Assembly: GCF_009914755.1 (NCBI RefSeq)
Contig: NC_060944.1
DNA: 64,000 nucleotides
Strand: one strand, 5' to 3'
DNA from: the human T2T-CHM13v2.0 reference genome, Homo sapiens
Part shown: in pieces, positions 58,143 to 64,000 of the stretch
Layout of the letters: each line of letters opens with the position of its first letter
How positions within the stretch are numbered: position 1 is the first letter of the stretch
Made by a program: the position numbers and the translations under genes
The notes under the pieces: generated by a model
Told to the model about the DNA's origin: nothing
Seen by the model: the letters and a program-made list of their open reading frames with translations, nothing else
Database searches by the model: none

Positions 58143-59399
58143 AGGGACTGAGTCCCAGAGATATTCCCCAGGAACTCTCCCCAATCTGTGGTGCAATATG
58201 TGGTCTGACACAGCTGGACACCAGGCAGCACTTGGCCACCAGCCCTTCTGGCTGGACTCCTCCCCAAGGTAGGGTTTACCCTCACATAAAATTGCCAACC
58301 AGGGCCCACTTGGGTATAGAACTAATTTAGCCTCCTGTACACTTGATGAATGAAGAATTTCCTCTGGGGACTAAATTATAGGGCTTGTTGGAGTTGCTCT
58401 TTCGTGATCTGTTATTTGGAGGTAATTTTCCAAAAGGGCTGGAACACATGGCCATGAGCTAGAATAGGATTCACCATGAACAGCTGCCACGCGCTGGCCG
58501 GCACATCCCAGTGCCCTTGTCCTCTCCCCCAGCCTCCCCTGCCACTACCCCTGCTTCCCGAGAGAGGAGGTCCAGACAACAGGGCTGGACTTAACGTTAG
58601 ATCTTTACTTTCCTTCTTAATTAAACCACTAGAATGGAATCTGCCCACCTTTTTCTGCACCCAGGTTTCCAGAAATGTAACATCTTGTCGTAACACGTTT
58701 CAAAACAGATGACAGGCCTTCCCCTCATCCTCCAATGTGGCTGATTACAAGCTTCTGTCAAATTCCACCAACCCCCACCAACCCACCCCAGTTGGCTGGA
58801 AGATAAGCTTCTGATCTTCCCTTGGCTTTTTGAACTGTTGGAAGCTGTGTAAACACAAGCTGCAGGTTAGTCAGATTCTATTTGACCCACGGCCTGCTGA
58901 GTGCAAAGAGATTACATTTGAACACTCCCTTGTCTAATTAAGCAATGGTGACCTATTGCGGGGTGCTTGCTGATGAGGTCAAATAGCAAGGGTTTTTAGG
59001 CTGACCTGTTGCAGCTGGTCATTTGCTGATAAATAAGAAACAGCTAGTTTTTAGTGAGCCAACTTCCCGACAGAGCCTTCCTTTCATAAAGCACTCTAAT
59101 TTGGTTATTTCTCTGAATTTCTTAAGTGAGTTTCAGTACTTTAGAAAAATTTTTAGTACTGAGAGTAACAGACATTTGTCCTATGATGGAAACCCTTCTT
59201 CGCACAGCAGTGCCCCTTCAAAGGATCTACAAACTGTTATGCTGTGCCTCTAGATCTTTTTAGACCACCAACTTCTTCAAAATTGTGAAAGATGAAGGTC
59301 ATTTTGAATGTTGACATTTGGATGGGATATGATGGTGATAGTGGGACAGGAAGCCCCAAGAAATAGATCTCAAGACCTTGACCTAGCTACATAATCAGA

Positions 59400-59600
59400 A
59401 TCATTTATTGAGCATCTGCTCTGTAGTAGACGCTGTTGTAGGATCTTTTAATCTTTATCTCCACTCCTTACCATGATCGTCACAGCAAGTGCCATTATCC
59501 TTGTTTCATTGCTAAGATTCCTGAAGCATAAAGAGGTCAGAAACTTTCACAAAGGCTTGCAGTCATGAAGCGGAAGGTCTGGGAGCTGATCCATAATTCC
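59400..59600 (-). mobile_element. MIR
   Basis: CATTTATTGAGCATCTGCTCTGT...ATTATCCTTGTTT..GAGGTCAG. Confidence 0.65.
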
Positions 59601-61164
59601 CATGGCTTTACGGGTTGTTCATTTCAGGAAGCTGCCCAATTTCCTTGTGGAAGAAGTGTCTGAAGGCCACCTATGGGGAGCAAAATTTGACGGATGAAGA
59701 TTTTATCTGTGAATAAGAAATAAAATAAGAAAGTGATATCTTCACTTTGTATCTAAAATGTTGGAACTGTAGACATTGAAAAAGTTATCAATGAAGCCCT
59801 CGTATTCACCACCATGTCCCTACATAGGTTATCCCTAAACCTCTGTAGAGGGTATCTGTTTTTTCTGCCATCAGTCTATTTCCTGAAATTCTGGAAAAAA
59901 AGTGTACACAGAATTCCTGCCTCGTCCAAAATTCAGCACGTGTGTTCTGACAGACGCAGAGTCCCCAGATGCCTGGCCACTGTGAATACCTTTGAGCCAA
60001 TCAGAATCAAATACGTGTGTATGGAAAGTTCTGCCACAGACACGATTGCCCTTTCTCTTGGCCTTTAGTTGGGAATCACAGGCTGGAACTACTCCTGTCA
60101 TCTTGCCACCTACCATATGTAGCCATACGGATGTATCTGAGAGCTAGAAACTGGGTCCTGGTGATGTTGGAATCCTGATGAAGCTGTGCCTAATCTCCCT
60201 TGCAGTTTACTTAGAATTTGAGAATGTTTTAGATATTTTCAAATGAAAATGCCTGAGTTTAAGTATTATTATCTTGCCAGATCCATGCACCCAGCCAATG
60301 ATGAGATTAGAGTATAACAACATCTCCGTGTCTCCAAAGCCATTGCTTTTCCGTGGAACCATACTGTTATCTGAGTTAGAAAGAGGGCTTTGGGAAGGAG
60401 AGGACACACATTTTTATCAATGTGTTTTTTTTTTTTTTCCTGTGTGAGAAAGAATGGAGTAGGACAACTCTAGAATTACATCTCTTGGGAAATCTTTTAA
60501 CATGACCCACAATTCCTTTTTTAACCTTCTTACAGGTTCATCATATCAAAATTTACAAATATGTCTGTCAATCTCCCACAAGGAAATGACACAAGCTCTC
60601 TAATGAAAACATTTTCTGATGCCTTGGAATTTTAGTTTTAGACCATTCTGCACAATGTCTCACATACATTTATCTGGCTACATTTTCAGTCAGGGCTGTA
60701 TTTTCAGCCTCAGATGTGAAACATTTTTCGTACCCCTTAAAAACTGTAGCAAGGTCACAAAACTCATGAATTTATTGTAATAATAAAAAATGTTTTGCCC
60801 CCTGTTTTTATCAGCGGGCCTAGTTTCTAACATTACAGACGTGAATTTTTGCCCTCCTTGGAAATTCTTGCCAATTTCTTTGTCATCCACCTTCAATTAT
60901 TGGTTCACAAACTAGATACAGGACTAACAGAGGCCACATCACCTCTGGATATAAAAGAAAGTTCATTTCCCTTTCATGTTATACTTCTTTTCAGGGTGAG
61001 AGAGGAAATGTACTAAAAGTACTTAGCTCTCTTAGAGATAGCTAGTTTTTCAACCAAATAATAATAATAATAATAATCAAACAAAACCATTTTGTGTCTA
61101 TTGGGATCTTTGGATGTTTGATAGCCTCATATACATATCCAACCTAATAAAAATTTATCTTATT

Positions 61165-61365
61165 TGTACAGGATTTCAGCATTTACAGAAAACTTTCACG
61201 AAATTTATCTCATTTATTTCTCTTTTCAATCCTATAGTGTTGATATTGTTATTATTCCTATTTTAGAGATTAATATTAGGAGACTCAGGGATTAAGTGAT
61301 TTGTTCAAAACTTTTCAACCTCTTCAGTGGTAGGACTGTATTTTACACTCAAATGTTCTGATTAG
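61165..61365 (-). mobile_element. MIR
   Basis: TTATCTCATTT..ATTATTCCTATTTTAGAGAT..GAGACTCAGGGATTAAGTGATTTG. Confidence 0.65.
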
Positions 61366-61979
61366 TGTTCAGACATTTCATGGTTACAAATAGCTTATTC
61401 GGTACCTGGATAGTTTTGGAGAGGAGAAGTCGAAGTTAGAATGCCTCCATGTTGCTTCTTTTCTCTAGGTTAAAGTGAGTGGATTTTCTAAATGTCTGAG
61501 AACAGATTGTAGTGTTTCCTGTTTATAGTGATCCCTTTGGGGAACCACAGAAATTCTGATTTTCCTGACCATTTGTCCTCCATCAGGCCCAGATGTTTAA
61601 AGGACGTTATTTTTATGTGCCAATGATTGCAGTATTTGCATGTGCAAATCATGTAATTACTTAACTACCCAAATTGTGCATGCAACTAAACTTAATTATG
61701 AACTTAGAACATTGCCTTAAGCATCTGACCCTGGAAAAATTATGGTGGCAGAAAATGAGTGTTAGAGTGGAAATTTCTTGCAAGGCTGATTTCGTTGTTG
61801 TCATTGTTTCATGGAAATCTATGTTAAGTTGATTAAGTTGCTTTCTTTACCTCAGTTGGAACATCTGAGAATGAAAACAGTGCTTGTACTACCTACTTTC
61901 ACTGGGTCATGAGGAGAAAATTGAGACCATGCATAAAAGTGATTTGGAAAAAAATTATAAAACATGAAAAAAGGTATTC

Positions 61980-62319
<340 letters not shown>

Positions 62320-63629
62320 TGAAATATGTAGAAATTAACATTTTATATGAATCTTTTGTTCATCTACCCAAATACTATACGTCATACTACGATAAAATTT
62401 GAAAAATAAAATTGTAAAAAAAAAAGGAATATTATTGTTATTTATCTTTAGGCTGCATAACAATTTCTCATTTCCCTCTTCTAACAATACTATGTGGCAT
62501 ATAGAGAAGGAAAAGTTAGCTACATACAGTTCACATATATGGAAACTGAAGCTCAGTTCATTTAAAGGACTTAACGTTAGTTACATGAGAGTTTAAGAGG
62601 CAGATTGATAATTTAGCACCAGGTTGTGTGACTCCAATGTCAATAACTTAGACATTCCTGATAAAGAGACCATGTTCTTTGCCATCAGTAGTTATAGACA
62701 TGTTTGAGTCAGCCACTCAATGTATTTAAAAATGTATACTTTCCAATAATTTAAGGAATGTAATACCTTGTCTTGAATTAACTTGCAGATTACGATTGCA
62801 TTCTATGTAAGAAAAGGACTTGCTAAGAAAACTAATGATATACTTAAGAAGGCGGAGCCTCTTAAGACTTACTTAAGAGAACAAATTCGATGGGTTGTGA
62901 TTGTACTTTACCCATTTGTTGAAACAGATACAAAGGGTACAGGCCAGATCCAATTCAGTGAGCAGTTTTAGATTAGGTTCCTTTTCCATTGAGATAAAAG
63001 TCACATTACTCTCCAAGTTTTCTATTATTTGCCTAACCTTTCCACCCAATTGCTTATTACAGTGAAGTCATTATTGTAGTCATTAGAGTATTATCGGATA
63101 AAAGCATGCATACATTTACATAGTTCTTCCAATAATATCTCATTGGGTTTCCAAGCCTTTGAGCAACTTTGAAGGTTCTAAAGTGCTTGAAAGATGGAAA
63201 GGTTTTGCAGTCTCTAGATCCAAATGATGTTTTGAAGGTGATTCAAGAGTATGTGGCAAGACTGGAATATTTGTCCTTGAGTCTGACTCTACATTCTGAT
63301 CTCTAACCACGGGGTGTTGCCCTCTCCCTCTGTGAGCACGGATGTCTCCAGACAGAAAAAAACCAGAGATATCTTGGACATTAAATAAGGGTGTTTCAAA
63401 GAATATGGGCCACTAAGTCATCTATACCCAATGACTTGGCAGGAAGTAGAATCATCACCTCCTTTTAGAGTCATGATATGTCTGAAATTGTGTTTATTCT
63501 GGTAAAATAAACAGTCATTAGCATGATTCACACTTTTTCCAGCTTTAGCAAAGAACAGATAAATTATCTACTATTATCCTCCTCTACCTTTTACCTCATT
63601 TTTGAGAAATCAAATGTGTTTATATGAAT

Positions 63630-63800
63630 AGCTACCATTTCTTAAGACTTTACCTAGTGCCTGTCCTCTTGCTAAACACAAATCTATGCCTTATCTAAGC
63701 CTCCACAATAGCCCATTATGAGTTAGGCATTATTCTTTTCCTATGTTTACAGATAAGGAAGTGGAGGTTTAAGAGGCTTAAGTAACTTGCCTAACCTAAC
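63630..63800 (-). mobile_element. MIR
   Basis: TTTACAGATAAGGAAGTGGAGGTTTAAGAGGCTTAAGTAACTTGCC. Confidence 0.7.
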
Positions 63801-64000
63801 ATTGTTTGGCTTTTATTTGTAAGTACTTCTTTCAGTTACCTCTGCACTCTGAAAATGCTTCAATGATGACTCCAAGACAGACATGCCAATGACAAACATA
63901 CTGATACTTAAATAGATTTTCTTCTGTCTCCATATGTGCATCAGATGAAGACATGAAGCTACAGGTTCAGCTCTTATTGAAAAATTGCATTCGTGCCTTG

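Overview
Primate (almost certainly human) non-coding, AT-rich genomic DNA with no recognisable host protein-coding exon. The dominant feature is a full-length (6005 bp plus tail) minus-strand LINE-1 of the youngest human subfamily (L1HS-Ta, Ta-0 diagnostics) at about 27613-33665. It has intact ORF1, ORF2 and antisense ORF0, a 12-bp target-site duplication (TSD) at a canonical TTTT/AA site, a 13-bp 5'UTR deletion and a split poly(A) tail (A20-GACTCT-A22-27) that looks like a micro 3' transduction. The left 16 kb is a decayed but two-LTR ERV-L provirus (1961-16015, ATAAT TSD still visible) containing nested MLT1, L1MA/L1PB and Alu insertions. The rest holds a truncated L1PA2, about 10 Alus, THE1/MLT1 LTRs, MER DNA transposons, MIR/L2 relics and microsatellites. 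There are also repeat-poor stretches that may be regulatory, and a strong minus-strand splice acceptor near 58119 that may mark a lncRNA exon. I found no evidence of a new biological system. The novelty is at the level of element-specific variants and insertion history. All repeat subfamily calls come from remembered consensus motifs, not from an alignment.
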